Origin: Mytilus trossulus
Taxonomy: Eukaryota
Reading direction: 5' to 3'
Length of the DNA: 64,000 bases
Assembly (NCBI RefSeq): GCF_036588685.1
Contig: NC_086376.1
Coordinates: 36,208,001-36,272,000, forward strand
In this document: positions 49,722 to 63,151 of the stretch, in pieces
Layout of the letters: every line of letters begins with the position of its first letter
Numbering within the stretch: the stretch's first letter is position 1
Notes under the pieces: model-generated
Seen by the model: the letters and a program-made list of their open reading frames with translations, nothing else
The model's database searches: none
Told to the model about the DNA's origin: nothing
Made by a program: the position numbers and the translations under genes

Positions 49722-52700
49722 CTATGCATCTCCTTCTGATCTTCCACTGATCAATGTGGATGCGACATCAGTTACCTGAAAATATAAGATAACTATAAAT
49801 GTTGAAAAGAGAGTTAAGTTGTGATTTTCCAATTGATATATATGCTTTGCACATGTAATCTTTCCAGTGTTTTATTAATGTTTAAATGAGGTGGTGGGTC
49901 GGGGTCGTGTGACAGCATGATTAAAAATAGGGACGAAAAATACCAGAGGGTTAAGATAGGTTTGATTGATATAAAACGGGAACATTCCCTTTCCTTCTAT
50001 AAACTTAATATATCACTCTTTCCGTAGTTAGATGCTAGCAATAGATGAAGATGTTATAAACAAAAATGAATAAATAAATCGGACATAAAAAACAAAACGT
50101 ATTGTTTCCATGCTTCTACTTTTCATTTGCTAAGAAACAGGCGTCGTGATAAATGTAAGAAGTTCACCCTATACATCGACACAATGAACTTTACAAAAAT
50201 TCTTTAACAACCGGTATTTAATGTGATTTCATTTCTTTGATAAAACTTGCAATACAAGAAATACACTATGCAACATTTGTGTGATGCTTTTTATAGGCCC
50301 AATCCATCAACAGCATCACTAGTAGTTCAATAAGGATACAATATTTAAACGTTATTAGAAATGAGGGCTGTATATGATTGCGTATATATATATATATATA
50401 TGTGTGTGTGAACATTTTCAGATTTGGTCCTTAAATTTTTCCTTGGAATGAAAGATAAAACAAACTATCGCTTTCGTTCTGATTATTGTTTCACATGTAG
50501 CTTTGATATTTGGTATAGTATATAGAACAGTTGAAACCGACAAATGTATTTTCCCAAATTGATCAATGATGAGTTTGATTTTGACCGAAGCGTTCCGGAG
50601 ACAATATATGAGAGTTAACTACTTACACATTTGATAAAAAAAAAAAAGCAAAATAAGCACAATTCATTAGTCATGGTCATATTCTAAATTTTAATTTTGG
50701 CTTATTTTCACTTCTTTACTTTTTTTCAAAAACCGTATAAGATGTTGACAGCAATTAATTATTTGGTTGAAAGGGTAAACGTTGACATTTAATGGATTTT
50801 TTACCTGTTATTTTTAATATTACTTGAATGATGATTTGACTCATTAACCAAATTTAATAAAGATATAGGGTTGTTTGGTTTGAGGGGCGTGTAATTTGAC
50901 CTTGGTCAAGGTGATTGGTAAATTTGACATTCTAGATTTTGACCTCTGCTTAATCTTTTTATTTCTTATGTATACATTATAACGCCATAAGACTTTGTGC
51001 ATTAGGTTTCAAGCCATATGACTTGAAAAATCAAAATGGAAAGAAACCATTATTCTTTGGAATCACCTTACAAAAGGGTATAATTTGACACTGAAAATGT
51101 CATTTTAAAACCATATTTGATTTGAGCGATCTTGAATATTGATTCAATTTATGATTGTTTCATTTTTATTTTTGACTTACCCATCTATGAATGGACGCAG
51201 CTGCTACGTTTACATTCCTTGTTTGTTTGTATGTGTACCTCTCAATGACGACTTGCGCATGCCTAGCATCTTCTATTGACAACGATGACGCAATGTTATC
51301 TTTTTTCAATTGTATTTTGTGCTTTGTATCACGTGCGAGGGTTGGTAGATCATCTTTGTTCTGTCAGATTAAATGAAAATTAGAATAAAAAGTGAATTAA
51401 TATAGAAAGATAATCTCATGTTGGCAGCTCTTTAATAAAGAATCAAATAGATATCTGTGTTTATTTTATGTATATAATAATTAATAAGTTCATCGTAAAT
51501 TATTGTAAATTCGTCAACAGATTAGAATAAGTTTACGTTCGTTTTCTTTGAGAAAAACCAACAACATTTCGACAATAATGAATCATTATGTTTTACCTCG
51601 ATTGGCTTTGGTTTGTTCCCAAACAAAACCGATAAAGCAACCAATGTGTTAACCACCGTTTCATTTGTGACATGCGCATGATTAAATTCCCCAACAGCAG
51701 CAAGAATATCCGGTAACTCTTGTGTAAATCCTTCAAGATTTCTTAATTGAAAAGCATATTCTTCTAAATGTTGAACACTTTCTGTAAATATTCTGATATA
51801 TTGTGACTGTTGTATCTTGAGAATAGTCGTTTCAGTTGTAAATAAATGTCTCCTCATATAAGCATCATGGATATCTGTAATACCAATAAAGATACCATAC
51901 ATTATTGACATAACTAGGATCGCTGCATTTTGCATAGAGCTTAAAATGATCATAAATAAACCAAATATTGGGCGTGGCTTTGATTACGTAACATGACAAA
52001 CTATTTAAGAAAAATATTAAAAATGCATATTACTTTTGCATTTCAGTTAGAATTAGAGTATTGTTTCAGAATAACAAAAATAATTTTGATAATCAAGTAA
52101 ACAATTGTTTTAAAATTGATTTAAGTTCAAATCGTGAAAAAAAGATCGGATTTTCATCAGGCATAGTTAATGACTTCTGTTGACCACATGTAATGCCCTT
52201 GATTGATGCTTCGGATGTATGAGAGTATATTTGGGCGGTACCAGTAACATGCTATAACTAGTATGCTATATGGTATGCTAATACTATGTAAAAGAGGGAC
52301 GAAAGATACCAAAGGGACAGTCAAACTCATAAATCTAAAACAAACTGACAACGCCATGGCTAAAAATGAAAAAGACAAACAGAAAAACAATAGTAAAATG
52401 ATCATTTATTAATTTTATTTTGAATGCTCTGTAATATTAAGATATATTTAATAGTCTTATGATTTATATCCTACAGCACATGGACTTTATTATCTATCTA
52501 TAGAGAAAAAAGTCCATTTGCCTCTTTGGAAAATTATAATGACAAAAAGGTTAAAAAAAAACACCTAATAGTAGTGTCAGGATTTTCTAGAATTCAAAGT
52601 TACCTCTTTTTATCTTTAAAACTTCGACTTTCCTGTGAGCGTTTTCAATGTCAGAGTCTGTTTCTGGAATTTTCTCTTTTATACATCTGTTAATTCCTTG

Positions 52701-55700
52701 TTCTATTTTCTCTATTTCCGAGAATTTGCCATTCTCAATACATGACCACAGATTTTGTCTGGCTAGACGCTTGTTAGTCTTCTATAAAAGATAATGAATA
52801 GTAATTGGATATTCTATTTGCTTGGCAAAAATATATAGCACATGTAAAAGCTTCACCGTTCCATCCCAATAAAAATGTATAAAAGAGGGTTAACAATTCC
52901 TTGATGAAAAAAAGGTATAAGATTCAAATTTTACCAATGATGTCAACATTATAGATTTAGACATTTCATTAGTTTTGCTACATGTACACACAACCATCCC
53001 GGATGATGACGGATAATGATGATTATGAGCTAATGACGAATACAACACCGATCATAATGATGACGATGATGAAGATATTTTAATATCGTCGACGATGATG
53101 TTGATGATGTACAATAAAAATCGATACGAAACACTAAATACTATAAAGTTACCTCATAAGTAAATTTATAAGATGTAGTGATGAAGTAGTTACATACAAC
53201 ACTCATGCTACTAGTATTACTTCCGGTAAAAATCTTCAGTCCATAATCTCCTTCTCTGACAACTTTTGTAATTATCTTAAGTTCTGTTTTTTCAATTATA
53301 GTTGTAACGTCACTTTGTTGTAAGAGCAATCCTTCAGAATCTGCATCAACTAATTCCGTCTTTACTTTCAGAGATTTAGAAATTTCACTATCTAGGAGAA
53401 AACTCATTCTAATAGGTTTGCTTTTTTCTGTTGTTACAAGACCATTTTGGTGAGATGGTAGGAGCAGTCCTGCTTTTTCACATGTCAGACCTGGACCAAA
53501 TCCTAAAAGACCAGGATCAAATGGTGTTAATCGGCAGTCCTTTGATTTTTCGGTGCAAGTTATTTGAAATTCACATAATAAGGTCAAGTGTTGATATTCA
53601 GGAGCACCGTTTATAATGATTTTATAGATTCCTTCTATTGGAAATTGAATATGGAAATTCCATTCGGAACCGTTTCTTATTTTCGCAACCAACCGTGGCA
53701 TGTTTTCTGCTTTCAGCATTTTGTTTTCTTCATCCGCACTAGAACTTCCCTCTTTAAGTAAAAATTCATAATCCATATTCAATTCGTTTGCAGTGACTTT
53801 TGGGGCTTGAAAAGCAATAGCTGTTGCACTTCCGGTACTTTTCAGGGCACATGCATTTACACTTAACAGCTTCAATCCTAATTCAAAGAACGCAGGTTGT
53901 AAATAAGCTTGGTCAAAAAATTGTTCTCTTGTAATTGGCTTTTGTACAAGCTGCCACTTTTTATCATCCGGGTGGCATTCATAAAGGAAATGAATAGGGT
54001 CTGGCATGATGTATTGTTCTTGAAAAGCATTCTGAACCACCCCAGAATCTGCTTTCTGTCGTTTTACGATTGATTTTCCACCTTTTTCCAATTTAATCCA
54101 GCCTCCTGCTTTTAACCCAACAACTGCCCTACAAACCCAATATGGATGTATGATATGCCACGAGTCGTTTAGATACACTGCGTTCCATTGACTGCGTCTG
54201 TTGTCTCTGTCTCCAGGTTGGTAATTTCCAGCCTTACACACACCGTGTATTTGTGCACACTTGATATTTGCTTTCCTACGAATCAAAGTAATGTTGACAA
54301 ATATTTACAAACGTAAAGAACAAATTTCGAAAGAAAATATATTCTGTGAATTAAAGCAGTTTCGAGGTAAAATTATGATTTAGGAATTTAGTTTGGTGGA
54401 CAAGGATTTAATTTTTAGTTGTTATCGTCTTGGGACTAGTTTTTCAGTACATGAAACTGCGTGTACTCTGTACGTACTGTGTGTCATTTCTCTTTTCGTT
54501 AATGTTTATCTTCTTGCCAATTGTACTAATCAAGCCATTTACAACTGTGTTAACATGTTATTCTTATGTTGTGCTGTTACACCATTGTTCCAGTTTACGG
54601 AAGGGTTGACCCCTCATGCATATTTGTAACTACGCCACATTCTATATGTGCCTGTTTAAATCGTGGGTTGGAATCGGTCATATTTTGTATTTTTTTAATG
54701 TTTTGGTCATAACTATTAAGGCCGTTGGTTTTTCGGTTAAATTGTTTTATATTTTCTCATGTCTCGGCTCTTTATTACTGACTATATATACGGTTACGTG
54801 TTTTGCTAATCGTTTTAAGTGGTTCCATTCCCTATACTAGTACTATTAGTTATTAAAATCCAAGTCATTTAGAATCTAACGTATAGCTGTCTTATAGGCA
54901 TTCGTACTCTGAATAATAAGCAATAAGCAATAACTATGAAATAATTTTGGAAGAAACCAGTATTGACACGAGCAGATATCTTATGTGACAAAGAAGCTTG
55001 TTTAAAAAAGCGTTTTGATACATTAGAAGATGTTTAGCGGAAGTGGTCGTTTCAATGGATAACGCATTTGTATTCAAATCGACCACGTTAATCCTGGTAA
55101 ATAGATATAAGAAGATGTGGTATGAGTGCCAATGAAACAACTCTACATCCAAGTCACAATTTGTAAATAAAGTAAACAGTTATAAGTCAAATCACGGCCT
55201 TCGTGACGGAGCCTTGGCTCACACCGAACAGCAAGCTATAAAGGGCCCCAAAATTACTAGACGTGTAAAAACCATTCAAACAGGAAAACCAACAGTCTAA
55301 ATTAAATCTCTATATATATATATATATAAACAAAGAACGAGAAACGCATATGAACCAAATCAACAAACGACAACTACTAAACATCAGGTTCCTGGTTAAT
55401 CTACATTTGATATGTGACGTAAATGCGATAAAAAAGAAGTAGGATGTGTTTCTTTCATTTATACTTGTTTTAACTGGTAATTAAAGGGATAAATAGTTCA
55501 ACATTTTATATTACTCAAACTGGAACAATTACTTTCAAGTCTTGTTGGTCAGATCATTGTCAAATATGGCTAGTTATTATAAATTATATGATTATAAATA
55601 GGAGGCATAGTTACCCTTAGAACTGTTTGGGCTGCCAACTAAAGTCCTCTTTAGTAAAAAAAAATATACATCAAAGGCTTTCGAATTTTGTGATCTTTCA

Positions 55701-57709
55701 TGTTCACAAAACCAACAAAAGTTCTATATTTATAAAGTGTTATATTGACTCTGATTTGAATTAAAGTGTGAAACAATGAATCTTAACTTCGTACTTTATT
55801 TTGCCTTTTAAACCTTTTGGATTCGAGCGCCAATGATGAGTCTTTTGTAGACGAAACACGCGTCTGTGGTAATTACAAAACTTAATCCTGGTATCTATGA
55901 TGAGTTTATTTACCTGCAAAGTACTGTAAAAACTGTAGAATATGTAGTACGGTCCTGCCCTAGAAGACTGAGGAATCCTCTAGGAGTGTCTGTTCTACCT
56001 CTCTTTGATTTGAAATTCTCGATCTTCTGATTACTTAGCCAAACAAGAAGAGCTCTAACCATCACTTCATCTCGGGATGCTTTGCCGTATAACGGCTTTT
56101 CTAAGTATGCAATTAAGTCATCGAAGCTGTTAAGTGCTGATTTTGGAGTCTACAAAATATTATATTGACGAAATTTCATGATTATAAAAACAACTAGGGT
56201 TGCATCCACCCAGAATAAATTCAAAACCAGACGGTTGTATTTGCTATTTTTAAATTTCGTTTGTTGAGATTATCTCAAACATTTAATCAACCCGGACGGT
56301 TATGTCTGTTACGTTTGCATCTTTAGCCTCTTTAAGTTCCGTAGGTTATCAATATATTTCACGTTCTGAAAAGTTGTTGATACTCAAACGATTGTGTCTG
56401 CTACATGTACCTATAGGATTCAGTTAAAGGTAATTATTTCAAATCTGACGTTTATTTCTGATATTTCTAAGGTTCCATTTGTGATGATTATCTCAAACGT
56501 TGACATGATTTATTTTATTGTGTGGATTACAGTTTGATCTTTACTGTACCAAATAAAATACACGAGTCAAATAGCATGTACATGTAATATAGAATATAAT
56601 GGAAGTACCTCAAGGTTGAAATAGTTAAAAATAAGAATGTGTCCGTAGTACACGGATGCCCAACTCGCATTTTCTATGTTCAGTGATCTTCAGTGGACCG
56701 TGAAATAGGGGTCAAAACTCTTATTTGGCATTAAAATTAGAACGACCATATCATAGAGAACATGGTGTACTAAGTTTCAAGTTGATTGGAATTCAACTTC
56801 ATCAAGAACTATCTTGATCGTCAACTTTAACCTGAGGAGGGACAGACTGGCGAACGAACGGACGTACTGACGAACGGACACACAGACCAAAAAACATAAT
56901 GCCCATAAATGGGGCATACAAAGATATGATTATTACCTTTTTAGCATGTTTGTCAAATTGGCTTTAGTCATCGGCAACGTGTGACTCCTGCCTGCAGATT
57001 CACTTCCTGTGTTAGGATTCGGATCAGCAAAAAGTGTGGCCCCTCTTTTTAAACTCTTGTCTGTTATATTATAAACAACTCTAGGGTCAGGGTAGCCATC
57101 TTCTTCAGGTGGAATCCTTACCTAGGATTTAACATTGGTAATAGTATCTCATTTAATTTCGACTATACTAGTCAACAAAACAAACGATACAAGGAAATAT
57201 TTTATATATGTATGATGAAATTGGATATACTGTACAACAGAATGTTATTTTCTTATCTAACCTTTGATTTTTAGGCAAATGTGCGATTTTTTAAAATCTT
57301 TATTACTTTCAAAAGATCCTATTTTACCCAAATATTCAAAATGGATATCAGAACTTAAAACTTTTAACTTAAGCATAGTCTACTAAAGAATTTGAATGCA
57401 TTTGCTGATATTGGAATACTTTATTCTTATCTTCGAATTCAAAGTAAGTGCCGACTTTTGTCATACACATTCAGAACCCCCTAAATGAAAATTTCGGTAA
57501 AATCTGAAATAGCCAAAAATTAAAATAAGTGTGAAAAGGGCAAACAGAAATATTATTTTATCAACATTTTGCAATATTTTTAGGTACATGTGCGAAGATA
57601 ACCAGCACCAAATATTCCAAGAAGTTTTACGAGTAGAAATAATTACCTCGTCAGAATCATTCTCAAAAGGTATGAATTTTGAATTTGGCTTTGTACACGC
57701 ACTTCCCAT
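49722..57709 (-). CDS. KY/hillarin/ltd-1-like protein, paralog 3 (8 coding exons, ~765 aa if a 1-bp deletion in exon 2 is corrected; possible pseudogene)
   Basis: Exons 57709-57647, 57121-56937, 56149-55914, 54275-53153, 52781-52604, 51874-51597, 51360-51181, 49775-49722. All introns are GT-AG. Exon 3 (236 nt) and exon 6 (278 nt) equal paralog 1 in length. Exon 2 is 185 nt, so it is frameshifted. Confidence 0.8.
55103..55395 (-). repeat. Interspersed repeat family R2
   Basis: Reverse complement of 19961-20250, with a (TA)n expansion. Confidence 0.8.
56631..56922 (-). mobile_element. Short HINE/pearl-like element in intron 2 of paralog 3
   Basis: Inverted relative of 22760-23064. Has an acgg/acga microsatellite and an atgcccataaatggggcat terminal hairpin. 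Confidence 0.65.
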
Positions 57710-58128
57710 CTGGAAAAAAGTTAGTAATGAAAAAGAGTAAGAAGATTCATATTTTTATAATAAAAAACCCCAAAAAAACTGAGCAACACGAACTGCTTTA
57801 ACCAAAGATTCTGCAGATGGGTAGGCATATCATGCTTTACTAGTGGCACCCGTCGTATGGCTAATTACAAATTACAAGTTATTGAAAAGTTCCATTCCGT
57901 GGTAGAGAGAACGAGATTTGGCTACGACCGTTCCGTGATCATGATATGTTTTACATACTAGTACTTTAAAGACAGGTAATCTACTGATGCCGTTCATTTC
58001 ACTGTATTGTATGAAAAACTGTTATATCTACATAGTATGTGGTCTCGTGATTACGACTAGAATCAAACTTTAATAGGATATAACAGTCTAGAGATTATCA
58101 TGACATATTTACTGATATTTGTTCATAG

Positions 58129-58293
58129 TCACTGAACTAGTATATATTTGTTTAGGGGCCAGCTGAAGGACGACTCCGGGTGCGGGAATTTCTCGCTACA
58201 TTGAAGACCTGTTGGTGACTTTCTGCTGTTGTTTTTATCTTTGGTCAGGTTGTTGTCTCTTAGACACATTCCCCATTTCCACTCTCAATTTTA
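58129..58293 (+). repeat. Interspersed repeat family R1
   Basis: Matches 7347-7478 and 17860-18000. Confidence 0.85.
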
Positions 58294-59699
58294 TAATAAT
58301 GCCTACATCATACGATATAAGAATGTAAAAGATTCCATGATTTAATATCAGCTTGTCAAGTTGTATATAATCCTGACATTAACAACTGAGAATACCTTTT
58401 CGTATTTACAAAATTCACTTTTTACTTGTTGAAAAAACTGTTACTAAAGGAGTTATGTCGCTTGAAAATATGGTGATTGATTTATTGTTTTTTCCTTTAC
58501 GTCCAGAGCAAATGTTTTATGTACATAGATGTTTTTAAAAAATCAAATTACGTGTGATGTTTAAAAGTAGCATACTGAAAACGAAAATAACAAAAGAGAG
58601 TTGAGTTGTTTAAATTACATGCATACAAATATTTGAAAAAAGGGCAAACATATTTTGCAATCACGTAATAAAACAACCTTATATTTATAACTTAATAATA
58701 CAAACCGTAAGACTTGTGTGAAAGTTCCTTGAAGAAAGTATCAGGTGACCCTAGCAGATATGAATGAACGATTATTTAAAACAATTGTTCACATGATTTG
58801 GTAACAATCATTTTTTTATGAATTATTATAAGGGTTATTTGATATCTAGATAATAACTGGCGCGTGCACCGCTTTAGTTCTTCTTTTCAAATTAAAAGTT
58901 CTCTTATTTCTCTGTCACTGTAAACGATATAGTTAGCACTGATCAATTATCATTGTACTTGTTGAATATTGATATTTAAACCAGTTATACGATATAATAG
59001 TTTGCATATTTGCAATTTTTTTTGTTAATCATAAATTCTTGATATCATTTAAAAAGTAGTTGAAATAAACATGAAAAGTGGAGGGGGCAAAACTTCTAAA
59101 ATCAAATTATGAAAAAAAATTCATTTGTTGGAGTAAATATCTTCTTGAACTTCTGATTTTATTTTCAAAAAAACAATCTGTTAAAAAGTGGCACAGGAAC
59201 CGTCAAAATTGAAATGTAAAAGACACTTCAAAGTTACAAAGTTGAATAGCATCGACATCTCGGTTATCGAAGAAGAAGAGACAAATAAAGGTAACAAACA
59301 CAAAATAAGTGATTCACACAAACTACCAAATGGTTAAGACCGATTGTAGTCCGTTTCTTTTCGCTTTTTTAATTTTCCCACATTTTGCATACTATACAGT
59401 CTGTCTTAGTATGTTGAAGGCCGTATGGTTACCTGTTATGGTTCAAATATTTGTCATTTCAGTTGACTGGACAGTTGTCCCATTGTCAATACCGTATTTC
59501 CTACTTTTACACTTGTTCTCCAAGTAAAATATGCCATTAGACAAACACACTTCTCTATAGTGACTTTTGGATGCTGATTTATTTCTACTGTAAGGTTACT
59601 ATCGCATGGATCTGGCGATGTACCTCATCTTATTCTGATAGGAGTTAGCTTCTTTGGAAAAATGAAAAGAAGCTAGGACTATCCTTTAACTTCACGATG

Positions 59700-60650
59700 T
59701 CCTTCACTGTAAATAAGTCAATAGTTTGATGACTATGTTAAACGCATCTTTTACATCAAACAAGTCTGCCTTATATTTTGACTAACATCTATAAACTGAT
59801 AATGATGATTGGCTGAGAACAAAACTTATAACGACAAAAGAGATGATTTCAGTTTCAGATATTGTGAACTTTCCACTTCTATGTAGCAAAATTCCATCAA
59901 GTCCTGCATGCGTATGTAGTATGTATAACTCAGTTGATTTCAAGAGCTTGCATGTCCTATCATAATTCCGTAGATAGAGTTGATACTTATTATGAAGCAT
60001 TTGAACAAAGAAGTCCAAGTGGTGAAATAATCCCTTCAAAAATTTGAGTAGCATAATTTCCCGAGAAATACAAGAACAAAGTAATATCCCCAAAACAATC
60101 TAATTAAAATATTGATCTCTGATTACGTTATACTCATATGCAGTATAACGTAATCAGAGATCAATATTTTAATTAGATTGTCCCCAAAACAAACTGATAT
60201 ATCCCGATAAAAAGATTTTTTGTGTGGTTTTATACTGCTTAAATTAGTGCAACAGATACAGTACCAGTTATAATGTTAAAGGTTTAAATATATGGAACAT
60301 CTTTTTCACAGATGCCGACGGATATATTCCCAACTGTCGTGAACACAATTCCGTCCACTTTTCATTAAATGACATACTTAATTAGACTTATCAAGTTCCG
60401 GGGTTGTACTTACATGAGCAACAAAGACAACAGGAGCCACATATGGAACATGATCCAACATGCTTATCCTTCTGAAGCACATTGAGATCAGCCGGCTTTT
60501 AATTAGTTTCCTGTTGCCCTGTATTTTGTGTTTTGTTATGTTTTGTATATATACATACTGTTGTTGGTAAATCTTTCGTGTTTTGCAACGGCATTGTCAG
60601 TATTTGTTTTCGACTTTTAGGTAAGATAATCCCTTTTGTATCTCTCACAT
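59700..60650 (+). mobile_element. Degenerate Penelope-like element 3' part (RT C-terminus plus terminal repeat), interrupted by a MITE
   Basis: Fragments DKRDDFSF, IVNFPLLCSKIPSSPA, TQLI and RACMSYHN resemble the 28780-28880 fragment. The downstream part matches repeat 18690-18921. Confidence 0.6.
60096..60180. mobile_element. 85-bp fold-back MITE with 9-bp TSD
   Basis: Perfect 39-bp arms (60096-60134 / 60142-60180) around a 7-nt loop. Flanked by tccccaaaa at 60087-60095 and 60181-60189. Confidence 0.9.
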
Positions 60651-60981
60651 TTTCTTCATTGCATATACCTTTTATGATCTTTTATAATTTCTTTGTTTGT
60701 TCTATATTTATATACCAAAGTCAAGTAGTTGTCATATACCCAACATTTTAAGACGAATTAAAAAAGGACAATAAACGGATAGATGGCAAACTGATGGACA
60801 AAGGTACATGAATACAATAATTACGGATATACAAAATACAATGAAAGCTGAGATATGTAACTCAATGGTGAAATACTAGATAAATGAAAAGAAAAAGTCC
60901 AGAAATGTTGACCGTTTAATTATTAAAATTGTAATAACTTTGCAAGCAGTAAGTTACAAAAAACATTACGGTAAAACAAAC

Positions 60982-61293
60982 ACATGTTTAACCCCGCCAC
61001 ACAATTTATGTATGTGCCTGTCCCAAGTCAGGAGCCTGTAATTCAGTGGTTGTCGTTTGTTTACGTGTTACATATTTGTGTTTCGTTATTTTTTTTACAT
61101 AAATAAGGCCGTTAGTTTTCTCGCATGGATTGTTTTACATTGTCTTATCGGGACCTTTTATAGCTGACCATGCGGTATTGGCTTTGCTCATTGTTGAAGG
61201 CCGTACGGTGACCTATAGTTGTTAATGTTTTTGTCATTTTGGTCTTTTGTGGATAGTTGTCTCATTGGCAATCATACCACATCTTCTTTTTTA
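60982..61293 (+). repeat. Interspersed repeat family R2 variant
   Basis: Shares gttgaaggccgtac...ttgtctcattggca...ccacatcttc with 19961-20250, and its 5' end with 17711. Confidence 0.8.
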
Positions 61294-61511
61294 CATTTAA
61301 GTATAGCTCGTTAGTCAATTTAAACTAACATATTAGAAAATCGAAATTCTCAGTATGATTCATTGTACATGTAGTTTTTTACGATGAATGTAGGTGAACA
61401 AAACATAAACACTAGCTTTGTGTTGAGATACGTTTGTATATTATATCAAAGCTTCATACGAAAAGTCTGGAAAAGAATCAGATATTAAATAACTTGTGTA
61501 GCTTTCATAAT

Positions 61512-61700
61512 TAGATATAGGAAGATGTGATGTGAGTGCCAATGAGACAACTCTCCATCCAAATAACAATTTAAAAAAAAGTAAACCATTATAGGTCAAT
61601 GTACGGCCTTCAACACGGAGCCTTGGCTCACAACAACAAGCTATAATGGGCCCCAAAATTAATATTGTAAAACCATTCAAACGGGAAAACCAACGGTCCA
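61512..61700 (-). repeat. Interspersed repeat family R2
   Basis: Reverse complement of ~20060-20250. Confidence 0.8.
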
Positions 61701-63151
61701 GCATGATTTAACAGGAACTCAAATTATTTAAAACAACCACACATCAATAAAAGTAGTAATGGCAATAACAATCGTGAATGTTTTTAAATATTACTTGTTA
61801 CAAAAAATAATCATTCAAAACACCCCTATTTCAATAAGAATAACAAAAAAAAACTTAACATCTAAGAAGATATATTTTTTGGGGAAAAAAACCACGACTT
61901 AATTGCTTTATAAGATAATGAGATGTGGTATGCTTGTCATTGGGACAACTATACACCAGGAACCAAATGACATAGGTTTTATATGACCTTCAACAATGAG
62001 CAACAATACCGCAAGGCACCCCCCCCCCCCCCGAAATTACAAAATAAAAAAAACCCAAATTCAAATGAGAAACAAAAAGCATATAAGCATAAAAATGAAA
62101 TCATATTATTATATGTTTTTTTATTGTGATACAATCGAGACAATTATTTTGATACATAAAAATAATAACAACATATAAAGATTGAACAGATATTCTGGGA
62201 TCATCTAAAAGTACTTGTATGACCTTTTAGTTGTCTCTAAATTTAGATAACTTTTTTAAACCTTAGAAGAAAAAAACTTACTGGAAAATATAATCACAGG
62301 GCCTAATCATATTGTTAGCAAAGAATTCTATAAATAGAACAAAAAAGGCATATAATTGACTATAATAATTTGTTTGCTCTCTTTCTATATATTTTTTTTA
62401 CAAAAAAAACCCACATAAAACACAAAACATTTTTTTATTACATGATATCATCGTCTACAATTTAAATTATATTTTAATTTTATTTAAAAAAAAACCTGTA
62501 TTTAATTGAAACAAAGGTTTCAGAATTCATATGTTTTTTTTTGTTCCCAACTACATAGAGTGGTATTTTTCGTCACTCTAGCACATTGTACATATTTGAT
62601 GAACATTGACAACAAAAAAATCAAAGTTTAAACATGAAAATTGAAACGAGGAATTATTAGAAAGATCACGAAGGCTTATGATATAGTCTTAGTTGATTTA
62701 ACTGTTGGAAGGACGAAATATTTATCTGCGCAAACTCTTTTAGAGTATGCAATGTAAAGCGATGCACTATACTTTGATATCTCAAATATTCTTATATCAT
62801 TTCATCTTGATAGGAATACTTGGACTTTTACTGTATTTAAGCATACTGTTGAATCATTTAAGATGGGAAACGCAATTTTCGCACATTGAGGAAAAAAAAT
62901 TTTTTTTGTCGATACTTGATAGTGTGAATTTAAAATCATCCTACTTAATATAAACTAATTTGGATTTTTTTTTTATGATATACATCAAATCGTTTTACTT
63001 TTACCCCTAAAATCGAAAAACCGTGTATCCGACGAATAATAACGTATCTTTACCTTTCTAGCTAAAAGTTATTTACGAATTAATAGTAATCTATTACATC
63101 GGATACATCTATTGTACATATTTCTAAACACACTATTATCAATAGTTTTGA

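Noticed and set aside
53000-53110. Asp-rich (GAT)n stretch as a coding exon
   Set aside because: It is a degenerate trinucleotide microsatellite inside intron 4 of paralog 3, with no open frame or splice support.
22295-62290. Possible 5' UTR exon donors on the - strand near 22301 (AAG|GTAGGT), 43255 (CAG|GTATGT) and 62281 (CAG|GTAAGT)
   Set aside because: They are plausible because the first coding exons appear to follow acceptors, but donor-like motifs are common and cannot be supported without transcript data.
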